DNA of 32,000 nucleotides. Origin: Saccharolobus solfataricus (GTDB lineage: Archaea > Thermoproteota > Thermoprotei_A > Sulfolobales > Sulfolobaceae). Below, in pieces: positions 1 through 8,595 of this stretch. The DNA lies in assembly GCF_900079115.1 (NCBI RefSeq), contig NZ_LT549890.1:750001-782000 (forward strand), given 5' to 3'. The translations under genes were made by a program, and so were the position numbers. How positions within the stretch are numbered: position 1 is the stretch's first letter; each line of letters starts with the position of its first letter. The notes under the pieces are model-generated. The model was not told the DNA's origin. It saw only the letters and a list, made by a program, of their open reading frames with translations, and ran no database searches.

Positions 1-159
1 TCGATTTTTCATGGAAAGGTTTTTATACCGGAAGCTCCCCGCCCTAAACGGTAGACCCAAAATCATATTAGAAAAAATATTTCTGGTGGGATAATATCGA
101 TTCATGATAGATAAAGCAATTTATATGAGTATTAAGAATTCAGTTGAAGAAAGGTTTAA

Positions 160-222
160 GGTGAGGGAGATGTGGTATTACCACGTGAGTAAGTGAGATG
201 GTAACACCAGTACTCCCTCACC
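160..222. repeat. Imperfect hairpin: GGTGAGGGAG (160-169) is the reverse complement of CTCCCTCACC (213-222). The 43-nt interior carries a nested palindrome GTGGTA-T-TACCAC (172-184).
   Basis: Read directly from the sequence. The 10-bp arms are perfect. It lies in non-coding DNA left of the IS. Function unknown. Confidence 0.6.
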
Positions 223-256
223 GAACATTCAACAAATAGGATATAAATTACTTTCC

Positions 257-346
257 ATGCTGAACTTCAAGGGAAAGAAAGGGGAAGAGGTGGCGAGAAC
301 CCTCATCTCAGCGTGTTTATGGAACGATTCGGTGGAAAGCAAGTCG
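257..346 (+). pseudogene. Possible N-terminal remnant of the ORF interrupted by the IS (MLNFKGKKGEEVARTLISACLWNDSVESKS)
   Basis: An ATG at 257 opens a stop-free frame that runs exactly to the left IS boundary (346/347). It joins the 1636-2055 frame only if 1 or 4 extra nt are removed together with the IS. Weak. Confidence 0.25.
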
Positions 347-380
347 AGAGAGTGTCCCAAGCGCAAATAATTGAATAAAT
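347..380. repeat. Left terminal inverted repeat of the IS
   Basis: Its reverse complement matches 1601-1634 at 33/34 positions. Confidence 0.85.
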
Positions 381-549
381 ATAGTATGATAGAAAAATAA
401 TTTTATAATTAATTAAGAATAAAATATAATTATATCTTTCAGTATAACGAGAGATTAAGCTTATATTGTAATGGAAAATAATCAAGTATAGAGAAAAACA
501 GAATTTCCAACATAGTCCACACTACCTTGATCAACTCTCGCGGTACAAG

Positions 550-1473
550 TTAGTGGGCGAGTTGACTCTCCGGAACACGCGATAACACAGAAGTGTAGAT
601 GTAGGAGTTGTAAATCAACGCGATAACGTAGACAAAGAACTCGACCATACCCTTTTCAGTAGCGTAAGGCCTCCAATACCTCCTCAAGAAGATCCCAAAG
701 AACTCCACATACCTCCTGAAACTAGAGAAACCTATCAACCAGGTCGAGGACTTCCCCACGAAGCCCCTATCCACTACCTTATAACCGCTGCGAGAGAAGC
801 CAACCTTATTGTCCGGAAAATTGGCCAGTTCCACTTGAATCTCGTGAACTATCATTGTTGGCGACATGAGGTTGAAGACCTTGAAGCCGAAGTAACTCCT
901 GTTCCTCTTCTTTGTAAACTCTCCCTTGAACCTCCTCCTCGCTTTGCACTTAATGTAAAAGAAGAGCGTGTTAGCCGCCTCCCTGTACTTCCTCTGCCTT
1001 AGGTCTAGCTCAAACTTCTTCTTCAATGTTTCCTTGTTCCTCTTCCCGAAGGGTACCTCGATTAGGAAGGAATCCACGATCCACAGCTTTCCAACCTTTC
1101 CGTATAACGCACTGCTAGGTAAGTAGTCGGCAAGTCTACTCATCTTCCCCTCCAACTCCTTGGCGTACTCCTTGAACAGAGTCTTTACCTCTCCCCTAAA
1201 TTTCTTTGCCCTCCTATGGATCTCCGACTTAGACTTGTACTCGCCTAGGAACCACCTTACCACCACGTCTGACTCGTAGTAGCTCCGCACGTCCCTGTAG
1301 GAGCACGTCCACACAATCATTACTATTAACGCTCTCAATATGAAGAGGTCAGAGAGACGCGACAGCACTTCAGACGTGATCAGCATGTAGTTCATTTTCA
1401 CAAGTGTTTTATGCCTTGCTGATAAATGTTCATAGGGAACCGGGCCGTTGTAGTATTCTATCCAATGCTTCAT
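550..1473 (-). CDS. DDE transposase (IS4/IS5 superfamily), 307 aa
   Basis: Candidate catalytic motifs are LWIVDSFLIEVP (D1), YKVVDRGFVG (D2, the aDRGY-type motif of IS5-like enzymes) and FRRYVEFFGIFLRRY (an R-x-x-V-E...L-R/K block). The ORF is flanked by terminal inverted repeats. Confidence 0.8.
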   Translation of the reverse strand: MKHWIEYYNGPVPYEHLSARHKTLVKMNYMLITSEVLSRLSDLFILRALIVMIVWTCSYRDVRSYYESDVVVRWFLGEYKSKSEIHRRAKKFRGEVKTLFKEYAKELEGKMSRLADYLPSSALYGKVGKLWIVDSFLIEVPFGKRNKETLKKKFELDLRQRKYREAANTLFFYIKCKARRRFKGEFTKKRNRSYFGFKVFNLMSPTMIVHEIQVELANFPDNKVGFSRSGYKVVDRGFVGKSSTWLIGFSSFRRYVEFFGIFLRRYWRPYATEKGMVEFFVYVIALIYNSYIYTSVLSRVPESQLAH

Positions 1474-1600
1474 GTGAATCGGTACTACATCGTCCCGGTT
1501 CCCTTTAAGTATTACGCGACTTTTTGCTTCAAGCGAAAATTCAAAATTTCTCAGTAATTCACGATATCTTTTGAATTATTATCTATAAACCTTTACATAG

Positions 1601-1634
1601 ATTTATTCAATTATTTGCACTTGGGACACTCTCT
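1601..1634. repeat. Right terminal inverted repeat of the IS
   Basis: Matches the reverse complement of 347-380 at 33/34 positions. Confidence 0.85.
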
Positions 1635-1635
1635 T

Positions 1636-2055
1636 GAAAGGACAGATAGAACCTGGGAGGGCGATCCATTCAAAAAGTTCGACTTCTATATTCCTAAATA
1701 TAATTTATATTTAGACGTTACTGGTACATCATTCACCAAATCAGAGAGTATAAAAAGGGCGCATATGCTGCAATTGAGAGGAGCAATAATCGCTATTCTG
1801 GGCATAAAAGTTTCGGTGGCAGAAATACTTGCTGCGAAAGGCTATAGAACTGCTTTTGCTAATGTTGCAGAGAGAGAAGGTGAGATAAGGTTTATGCCAT
1901 ATTCTAGACTGAAGGTCTTAGAAAAGAATGGAAGGGCCATTATCGCCCAACCAGAAGAAATAGAGTTTGCGAAAGGCGAAAGAACGTATATACTCACAAG
2001 ATGGACAGATTGGTTAAAACCAAATCAATTTTTGCGTTGGCTAAAGCTAAAGTAA
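1636..2055 (+). pseudogene. Hypothetical protein, apparently 5'-truncated by the IS insertion; possible PD-(D/E)xK nuclease-like fold
   Basis: The frame is open right up to the IS boundary. The only start in the ORF track is a TTG inside the IS repeat (1615). The segment FDFYIPKYNLYLDVTG loosely resembles a restriction-endonuclease-like core. The amino-acid composition is protein-like. Confidence 0.5.
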
Positions 2056-2076
2056 TACTGCTTTTTTAGTATTACT
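2051..2076 (+). terminator. Hairpin AGTAATACT-GCTTTTTT-AGTATTACT overlapping the stop codon of ORF 1636-2055
   Basis: 9-bp perfect stem with a T-rich loop and tract. Archaeal termination typically uses oligo-T tracts. Inferred only. Confidence 0.3.
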
Positions 2077-2086
2077 GATGAGGAAT

Positions 2087-2167
2087 TTTTGCCGTCTTCT
2101 TTCAAATATACGCGTTTTGACGGCAAAATTTAACGAGTTGCCAAAGCTTTTAAACAAGTTTTGGCAA
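2087..2167. promoter_or_regulatory. Two palindromes upstream of the integrase fragment: TTTTGCCGTC (2087-2096) / GACGGCAAAA (2119-2128) and TTGCCAAA (2138-2145) / TTTGGCAA (2160-2167)
   Basis: Read directly. They lie 20-100 nt upstream of the ATG at 2188. Candidate operator or promoter elements of the former int gene. Confidence 0.3.
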
Positions 2168-2375
2168 TCATAATACGTGAGGGAAAAATGACAAAAGAAA
2201 AGACGCGTTATAAATACGGCGATATAATTATACGCGAAAGAAAAGGTCGGTATTATGTCTATAAGTTGGAAATGATAAACGGTAAGGTAAGGGAAACTTA
2301 CGTCGGTCCTTTAATTGATGTTGTCGAATCGTTTATAAAGTTAAAAGAAATTGGGGGTGTGGGGATATCCCCCAC

Positions 2376-2452
<77 letters not shown>

Positions 2453-2472
2453 CCTTATGATACTCTCTACCA

Positions 2473-2479
2473 TATTTAA
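2473..2479 (-). promoter_or_regulatory. Candidate TATA box (TTAAATA on the minus strand) for tRNA-Arg
   Basis: Centred about 24 nt upstream of the mature tRNA 5' end at 2452, which fits archaeal promoter spacing. Confidence 0.3.
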
Positions 2480-2643
2480 TTATTAAGATTTTAGAGTTAA
2501 ATACCAGCCTTCATGGTATAACATATATACTCCATTTTAACTAGACTTCAAAATATTATCAGTGACAAAACTCTAGTGATGTCTATATTAATGATTAATA
2601 TCTACCAGTTAGAAAAATATCCTCTGTATTTCATTTTAACTAA

Positions 2644-4521
2644 TTACATCCTTTCTAAGCTCCTTATACCTAAGACGCTTAACCCGTTCTTTAATACAAC
2701 TGACACTCCTTTTACTATATATAATCTTAACATTCTCTTCCTTGGATCTTGTTCTTGTAGTACTCTCTCTTTATCATACCAACTATTGAATATGTCAGAT
2801 AATTCTCTCAGAAACGCTACTAAATCTTCTAACCTTAAGTTATCTACAGCATTCTTGAATACCTCGGGGAATTTAGCTATCAAGATTAATATGTTCCTCT
2901 TATCTCCAACTAAATCACTAAAGTCTACCTTATCCATAGATAAGTTTTCAGTAGATTTAGCTAATATGTTAGCAGCTCTAGCATAAGTATATTGTAAATA
3001 AGGTCCACTGTTCTGCTCAAAGCTGGTTATCCTGTTTAAATCAAATGATAAAGGCTTATTTGCAGAAACTGACAAAATTGCGTATCTAAGCGCTGCATTT
3101 GCTATATCATCAATATTTTCCATATTACCACCTTTCTCTTTCAGCTTATTTCTAACTATGTTATCTAGTTTTTCATATATCTCGTCAATGGTTATTATCT
3201 TTCCTAGTCTTCCACTCATTCTTAGTCCTTGGATGTTAACCATCCCATATGAATAATGCAATAAATTTTCCGCAAATCTCGAATATCCGAGTAACTCTAG
3301 AGCACCTCTTAATTGTATTTGCGGAATGTATTGTTCTTCTGCGATCACATTTATAACAAAATCTGCATTAAACTGATTAAATTTGAAAATTGTATACGCA
3401 ATATCCCTAACGGTATACAATGTAGTTCCATCGGATCTCATCAACACTAAAGGAGGTATCTTGAGCCCTTTTGGAATTCTCAACTTAGATCTAGCTTCAT
3501 CACCTAAGAAACTATCTAAGTCCAATGCTATTACTCCCTTATATGGTATTTTAGCCGAGGAAGACAATAAGGCCTTTAATACTTCATTAACCATATTCTC
3601 CCATAACAAGTCACTCTCATAGTCGAAATTGTCAAATCTTATATTAAGTTTGGATAACGTTTCACTAAAGCCTTCTAGCGCATAACTAATGTACTTTCTA
3701 ATAATCCCCTTTAGTTCATCATTACCCTCTTCGTATTTCTTTATGATTTCTCCTATCTCCTTCTCCGGCTCCTCCTTAGCATTTATAGCGTCTGCTAACT
3801 TATCGAAAAGTACCTCATTTCTATTCCTTAGATCATTCGCTATTACTATTAGCTCATCTAGTTCTCTCACTTTCTCCCTATACTCTGACTCTGAAAGTTT
3901 CTTTAACTCCTCTCTCAACTTCCTAATTTCTAAAATTACATTAGTCATGGCATATATTATACCCAACCATAGATCCTTCTTTACATTTGGCTCTGGATCA
4001 GGAAAACCTAAAAGTTTTAGGCCGTAAATTAGAACTGCAACTTGCCTCCCAGTATCGTTAACGTAAAACCTAACATTAACTGAGTGACCTCTAGCTTTTA
4101 ACGCTCTAGCAAGCGCATCTCCAAGTATCGTATTTCTCAAATGGCCTATATGTAACGGATGTATAGGATTAGCGCTCGTGTGTTCAACTACTATTCTTTT
4201 TGGCTTTTCGATTTTTTCCAGTCCATAACTATCGTCTAGTTTGCTAAAGATACTCACGAAAATATTTCTTAGATTAAGCCTCGCATTAAGATATATTCCG
4301 GCTACTTCTATCCTCTCTATTAACTCACCTTTATATTCTTGTAATAATTTCGCTTTCTCATTTATATTTCCCTTTATTAATGATGGTAACGCTAATGATA
4401 AGTCGCCAAGTTCTTCCCTAGGAGGATATGTAATATTTTTAAAGACTTCCTCCTCGCTTATACCTAATTGTGCAGCGACATATTCCGCCAATTCTTTCTT
4501 AGCTCTTCCTATTATATCCAC
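2644..4521 (-). CDS. argS: Arginyl-tRNA synthetase, 625 aa
   Basis: Class I HIGH motif in HTSANPIHPLHIGHLRN. Length and overall pattern are typical of ArgRS. It has a C-terminal anticodon-binding (DALR-type) region. Confidence 0.92.
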   Translation of the reverse strand: MDIIGRAKKELAEYVAAQLGISEEEVFKNITYPPREELGDLSLALPSLIKGNINEKAKLLQEYKGELIERIEVAGIYLNARLNLRNIFVSIFSKLDDSYGLEKIEKPKRIVVEHTSANPIHPLHIGHLRNTILGDALARALKARGHSVNVRFYVNDTGRQVAVLIYGLKLLGFPDPEPNVKKDLWLGIIYAMTNVILEIRKLREELKKLSESEYREKVRELDELIVIANDLRNRNEVLFDKLADAINAKEEPEKEIGEIIKKYEEGNDELKGIIRKYISYALEGFSETLSKLNIRFDNFDYESDLLWENMVNEVLKALLSSSAKIPYKGVIALDLDSFLGDEARSKLRIPKGLKIPPLVLMRSDGTTLYTVRDIAYTIFKFNQFNADFVINVIAEEQYIPQIQLRGALELLGYSRFAENLLHYSYGMVNIQGLRMSGRLGKIITIDEIYEKLDNIVRNKLKEKGGNMENIDDIANAALRYAILSVSANKPLSFDLNRITSFEQNSGPYLQYTYARAANILAKSTENLSMDKVDFSDLVGDKRNILILIAKFPEVFKNAVDNLRLEDLVAFLRELSDIFNSWYDKERVLQEQDPRKRMLRLYIVKGVSVVLKNGLSVLGIRSLERM

Positions 4522-4575
4522 ATCACGTTTTATGCCTTATAACTTTTAATATTTACTCACTAGAATCATATAACC

Positions 4576-4779
4576 ATGAAGAAAAGGGTGGAAATCCTAA
4601 TAGTAGAGGATTATAGTGGAAATCCCAAAATTAATGAGCAAGAAATTAAAAAATCATTAAGTCATATAGGGGATGACATTGTAATAACTAGGTTACATTT
4701 GCCACAGTGGACTGAAAATAAAGATGAAAGTGATCTAGTTGGAGTACATGTAATTGTGAGAGAAGTTGCAGAAACATAA
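4576..4779 (+). CDS. Small hypothetical protein, 67 aa
   Basis: ATG start 54 nt from the divergent argS start. Balanced charged/hydrophobic composition. Overlaps the next ORF by 14 nt. Confidence 0.5.
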   Translation: MKKRVEILIVEDYSGNPKINEQEIKKSLSHIGDDIVITRLHLPQWTENKDESDLVGVHVIVREVAET

Positions 4780-5158
4780 CGTATGTCCCTATTACAAGAA
4801 TGGCTACTGCACATCACCTGCATTAGATAAGCCTTCTGATATAGTAACTTCTAGTAATAGATGCTTCGGTCAATTTAAAACGTGCAGATATTTCTTAAAC
4901 GACGGGAGTGACAGCAAAATAGGATTAGATAAATTCAATGAAGAAAAAACAATAGAACAAGAAATTAGATTTTACCCAAAAATAAACGAATTAGAAAATA
5001 TTGTAGACAGTGGTTGTGAACATTATCGACTCATAAAAAGTGAAAAAGGGTTCATAGCATATTGTAATGCGATTAAAAGAGTTTTAGTAACAAGACAAAC
5101 CCTATTATGTAATAAAGAGTTCCAAAGATGCCCTTATAGAACCTTACTCAGTGCCTAA
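4766..5158 (+). CDS. Cys-rich hypothetical protein, 130 aa, two copies of a CPYY-type four-Cys module
   Basis: Module 1 is CPYYKNGYC...CFGQFKTCRYF. Module 2 is CEHY...C...CNKEFQRCPY. TTG start overlaps the upstream ORF; the start is uncertain. Confidence 0.6.
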   Translation: MQKHNVCPYYKNGYCTSPALDKPSDIVTSSNRCFGQFKTCRYFLNDGSDSKIGLDKFNEEKTIEQEIRFYPKINELENIVDSGCEHYRLIKSEKGFIAYCNAIKRVLVTRQTLLCNKEFQRCPYRTLLSA

Positions 5159-5449
5159 CTTAACATATCTACCGTCTTCTGATAAGTTAATTTTGCCTTT
5201 TTCAACTAGATCCGCTAATGCTCTTCTTATCTTGTCCTCGCTTGCAATTCCAGATAACATACTATGTAATTCCTTTAGGTTCATTGGTTTTTCATTTAAT
5301 AAGTCAAGTAGTATTTGTTTTAATTCGTCCTCATTTGGCGCAGTCATTACTATGACATCTTTATCAGAGTAGACTACCTTTAGTTTGTTTTCCACGTTAC
5401 CAGAATTGGAAGCAGATTTCTTACCTCTCTTCTTAGTCTCATTACTCAT
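5144..5449 (-). CDS. Small winged-helix-like protein with a basic N-terminal tail, ~101 aa
   Basis: MSNETKKRGKK... followed by LKELHSMLSGIASEDKIRRALADLVEKGKI, a pattern like a wHTH recognition helix. ATG at 5449 preferred over the GTG at 5461. Confidence 0.55.
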   Translation of the reverse strand: MSNETKKRGKKSASNSGNVENKLKVVYSDKDVIVMTAPNEDELKQILLDLLNEKPMNLKELHSMLSGIASEDKIRRALADLVEKGKINLSEDGRYVKLGTE

Positions 5450-5702
5450 ACTAATACACACTCACGTTCTTTTCTCATTTCTAACTTTTAAACATTATGC
5501 GAATTTTTAAAATCAATTTCACTCTTCATTATACTAACGCGTTATAGCATAGAGCAGTAAATATTTCTAATATTAAATAATTAATATCTCTTCACTACAA
5601 GGTAATATAAAGAACGAGAGCAAAAGCTTTTAAGGCGGAGAAGAGTCAGAGCATGAATGTATACTTATATTATTGTGTTCAGATTAACATTATTAGGCGA
5701 CA

Positions 5703-6074
5703 ATGTTGAATCAACCTGACTTCCTTAGACATATAGCCAGTAAGATCCTATCACCACTAACAATAGATTCGAAAAGATTAGACGAAGCAAGAAGAATTTT
5801 AGGAGAAGCAGAAGTTAAATACAACTTCTCCTCATATGGAGGAAATCCAAAAAAACTAATAGATTTCCTACTAAGCCCGGACTTCACAGAACTTAGCTTA
5901 ATTTTAGGCCCAGATATGACAAAAAAACTATTAGAAGCTATAAAAGATAATTATACAGACGAAGACATAAAAAAAGTAGTAGATAAGATATTAGAGGAAA
6001 TAAACGGATATACGGAAAACACTGAGGAGACAAACGTTAAAGTTTCGGTTAATAAAAAATATTTAGTCTCCTAA
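5703..6074 (+). CDS. Hypothetical protein, 123 aa
   Basis: ATG start and protein-like composition. Its 3' end overlaps the convergent thsA stop by 12 nt. Confidence 0.5.
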   Translation: MLNQPDFLRHIASKILSPLTIDSKRLDEARRILGEAEVKYNFSSYGGNPKKLIDFLLSPDFTELSLILGPDMTKKLLEAIKDNYTDEDIKKVVDKILEEINGYTENTEETNVKVSVNKKYLVS

Positions 6075-7742
6075 AGATGGAGTAGATCCTCCCTCTCCAC
6101 CACTTTCTTCTTTACTTCCTTCTCCTCCTTTCTTCTCACTCTTTAGTGGGGCAGCCGCTATTAGATCATCAATCTTTAATATTGCTGTGGCTGCCTCTGT
6201 AGCACTCTTTAACACTTGAGACTTTACTCTAATAGGCTCGATAATGTTTAACGCATATACATCATCTACAATCTTCCCGCCTATGACATCTACACCAGTA
6301 TTACTCAAGCCCTTAGCGTGCCTAGCTCTTAAGTCCATCAATGAAGATATAGCCTCTAGCCCTGCAGTTTCAGCTAAAATTAAAGGTATCTCCTCTAATG
6401 CGTCTGCAAATGCTTCTATAGCTAATTGCTCCTTACCTCCCACACTTCTAGCATACTCTCTTAATTTCATCGCTAACTCTAACTCGATAGCACCACCGCC
6501 TGGTAATATTACTGGCTCTAATAATATGTTCCTTAGAGCATGCAATGCATCATTTATACTCCTCTCAGCCTCATCTAATGCCATATCATTTGAACCTCTT
6601 AACAAGATATTCACAGCTTTCAAGTTCTTAGCACCCTCTATAAATACCATTTTATCGTTCCCAACTCTCCTTTCCTCAACTAATTCAGCATATCCTAAGT
6701 CTTCGGGAGTAGCATCTTTAATGCTACTTATTATTCTTGCACCTAATGCCTTCTCTAATTTTTCTATATCGCTCCTCTTAACTCTTCTTACAGCCAATAT
6801 CCCTTTCTTGGCTAAGAAATGCTGTGCTATATCATCAATACCCTTCTGGCATATTACAACATTAGCACCTATTGATGCTAACTTATCAACCATATCCTTA
6901 AGGTATTTAGACTCCTCATCCAAGAAAGCCTTAATTTGCTCAGGTGATGTGATGCTTATCTTGGCTGAAATTTCAGGCTTCTCTACCTCTAATGCTGCAT
7001 CCAAAACAGCTATCTTAGCCTTGGTGACTCTTCTAGGCATTCCAGGATGTACTACCTCCTTATCTAACACTAGTCCTTTAACTAGTACACTATCCTCTAT
7101 ACTTCCGCCTTTCTTCTTATCTATCTTTATTAAGTCTAAACTCACATTATATCCACCATTAGGTAAAGGTTCTGCTACATTAACTATTGCATCTATTACC
7201 ATGTCAATTATTTTATTTAATTCAGCACCTTCTGCAATAAACTTACTTGCTAAAGTAGTAAATGCTATCTTTCTTAGAGTATCTCTAGCTACTGAAGAAT
7301 TCAAATCCTTTATATCAATTCTAGTTCCTAACTGCGGAAGTAACTCTAAGGCCTTGTTGTATGCCTTCTTATACCCCTCAATAATTATTGTAGGATGTAT
7401 ATTTTGATCCAATAAACTTTCAGCCTTCTCTAATAGAGCACCAGCCAATACTACAGCACTTGTAGTACCATCACCTACTTCAGCATCTTGAGCTTTAGCT
7501 GCTTCTACTAATAATTTCGCAGCTGGATGCTGAATCTCCATATCCTTTACTATTGTAGCACCATCATTAGTTATGGTTACGTCACCGAAGCTATCAATTA
7601 GCATTTTATCAAGACCTTTAGGACCTAAACTACTCCTTAACATTTCAGCTAATGTCTTCGCAGCAAGTATATTATTCCTTAGCGCATCTCTTCCAGTAGT
7701 TCTGCTTGTTCCCTCTTTAAGCAATAAGACTGGAGCTGCCAT
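6063..7742 (-). CDS. thsA: Thermosome (group II chaperonin, TF55) alpha subunit, 559 aa
   Basis: Near-identical to my recollection of Sulfolobus TF55 alpha ([25 protein letters not shown]...). GDGTTS nucleotide-binding motif. Gly/Glu/Ser-rich C-terminal tail. Confidence 0.95.
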   Translation of the reverse strand: MAAPVLLLKEGTSRTTGRDALRNNILAAKTLAEMLRSSLGPKGLDKMLIDSFGDVTITNDGATIVKDMEIQHPAAKLLVEAAKAQDAEVGDGTTSAVVLAGALLEKAESLLDQNIHPTIIIEGYKKAYNKALELLPQLGTRIDIKDLNSSVARDTLRKIAFTTLASKFIAEGAELNKIIDMVIDAIVNVAEPLPNGGYNVSLDLIKIDKKKGGSIEDSVLVKGLVLDKEVVHPGMPRRVTKAKIAVLDAALEVEKPEISAKISITSPEQIKAFLDEESKYLKDMVDKLASIGANVVICQKGIDDIAQHFLAKKGILAVRRVKRSDIEKLEKALGARIISSIKDATPEDLGYAELVEERRVGNDKMVFIEGAKNLKAVNILLRGSNDMALDEAERSINDALHALRNILLEPVILPGGGAIELELAMKLREYARSVGGKEQLAIEAFADALEEIPLILAETAGLEAISSLMDLRARHAKGLSNTGVDVIGGKIVDDVYALNIIEPIRVKSQVLKSATEAATAILKIDDLIAAAPLKSEKKGGEGSKEESGGEGGSTPSLGD

Positions 7743-7780
7743 ACCTCACAACACCGTTCCGTGAGAACATTAGTATCGCT

Positions 7781-7790
7781 TATATAAAAA
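7781..7790 (-). promoter_or_regulatory. Candidate TATA box (TTTTTATATA on the minus strand) for thsA, with a GAGGT Shine-Dalgarno-like element just upstream of the ATG
   Basis: The box lies ~45 nt upstream of the ATG at 7742. GTGAGGT immediately precedes the ATG on the minus strand. Confidence 0.35.
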
Positions 7791-7854
7791 TTTTTCTCTC
7801 AGCTAAACCGAGAAGTAATTTTTTAAATAAATAGGAAATCCATTCTCCTCTAAT

Positions 7855-8595
7855 ATGATGTGCGAAAGATGTAACAAAAGAAATGCCATAAACGTAGTAG
7901 GAGGAAGAAGATTATGTGAAATATGCAGTAAAGATGAGATAACCAAGAGAATTAAAAGAGAGCTTTATCCGAGAAAGATAATAGTATATAAAGACAAGAT
8001 CTTATTCGCTTATCCCTCTTACTTAAGCTTTATTCGTGAAATTCTAAAAAATATAATAAACAAAATCTACGCTAAATTTAACTTACAATATTACGAAATC
8101 ACTCTAGAACCACAACACTCTATCTTAGATGATATGTGGAATTTAATCGTAAAAAGCAAGCGGTTCTCAGAAGAGAACGGAATAAGTAAAATCTTTTTAC
8201 CATTTACTGCAGATTTCTTGATGGCTTACTTAATATACTCAATAACAAACCAAGATTATACTTATATAAAGATGATAGGATTAGAATATAATGTAAATAA
8301 TATTTCATTTCTAATTCCATTTTACAACACCTCTTTATATGAATTACAAGGCTTCTTCACTAACGAATCTAATAATATATTTGAAACGAAAGATGAAATT
8401 TTCAATGAAATTCTAGCATGGGAAAGAGATACATTAAAAGAAAATTATGAACTATTTCATGCTTTTCATAATTCTAAAAAATTATTTGAAACGAAAGAAA
8501 AAGAATATAGATGTGAGGGGTGTGGAGGAGTAATTAACTCCCCGGTAAAATACTGTGCGAGATGCTCTCTAATTTACTCTTCTCCTCCTTATTGA
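7855..8595 (+). CDS. Uncharacterised protein with N- and C-terminal CxxC...CxxC zinc ribbons; architecture of TtuA/NcsA-type PP-loop ATPases but without the PP-loop
   Basis: CERC-x14-CEIC at the N-terminus and CEGC-x11-CARC at the C-terminus. KILFAYPSYLS sits where SGGKDS would be. FTADFLMAYL resembles the HNLDD block. Confidence 0.7.
   Translation: MMCERCNKRNAINVVGGRRLCEICSKDEITKRIKRELYPRKIIVYKDKILFAYPSYLSFIREILKNIINKIYAKFNLQYYEITLEPQHSILDDMWNLIVKSKRFSEENGISKIFLPFTADFLMAYLIYSITNQDYTYIKMIGLEYNVNNISFLIPFYNTSLYELQGFFTNESNNIFETKDEIFNEILAWERDTLKENYELFHAFHNSKKLFETKEKEYRCEGCGGVINSPVKYCARCSLIYSSPPY

Larger units (their letters stand above)
347..1634 (-). mobile_element. Insertion sequence, IS4/IS5 superfamily, ~1288 bp, one DDE transposase gene, 34-bp terminal inverted repeats
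   Basis: The reverse complement of 347-380 (AGAGAGTGTCCCAAGCGCAAATAATTGAATAAAT) matches 1601-1634 at 33 of 34 positions. The repeats bracket the single transposase ORF 550-1473. The size resembles Sulfolobus ISC elements of ~1.29 kb; that name is recalled, not verified. Confidence 0.8.

Noticed and set aside
1-66. Possible minus-strand gene start (ATG at 64-66 reading leftward out of the window)
   Set aside because: Only 22 codons are visible, which is not enough to support a call.
303-485. A 60-aa minus-strand ORF spanning the left IS end
   Set aside because: It crosses the IS terminal repeat and an extremely AT-rich spacer. Its composition is dominated by Ile, Tyr and Asn, which is typical of random AT-rich DNA.
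343-1638. Search for a target-site duplication flanking the IS
   Set aside because: The flanks GTCG and TGAA (and longer windows) do not match, so no duplication can be reported. The absence is noted under findings rather than forced.
2501-2519. Small hairpin ATACCA-GCCTTCA-TGGTAT between the argS 3' end and the tRNA promoter
   Set aside because: A 6-bp AT-rich stem is expected by chance and has no supporting context.
2576-4549. Plus-strand ORFs 2576-2986, 3383-3622, 3689-4027 and 4241-4549, all opposite argS
   Set aside because: These are low-complexity Ser/Leu/Phe/Ile-rich shadow frames of a well-supported gene.
5462-5702. The 241-bp divergent intergenic region, examined for a C/D-box sRNA or other small RNA
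   Set aside because: I could find no canonical C box (RUGAUGA) paired with a D box (CUGA) at suitable spacing. The region is probably just two divergent promoters.
6244-7407. A 387-aa ORF antisense to the thermosome gene, strikingly long for AT-rich DNA
   Set aside because: Its composition is extremely biased toward Ser, Leu, Ile, Ala and Asn and has no motifs. It lies entirely inside the confidently identified thsA gene. Long antisense frames are a known by-product of strong codon bias in highly expressed genes.
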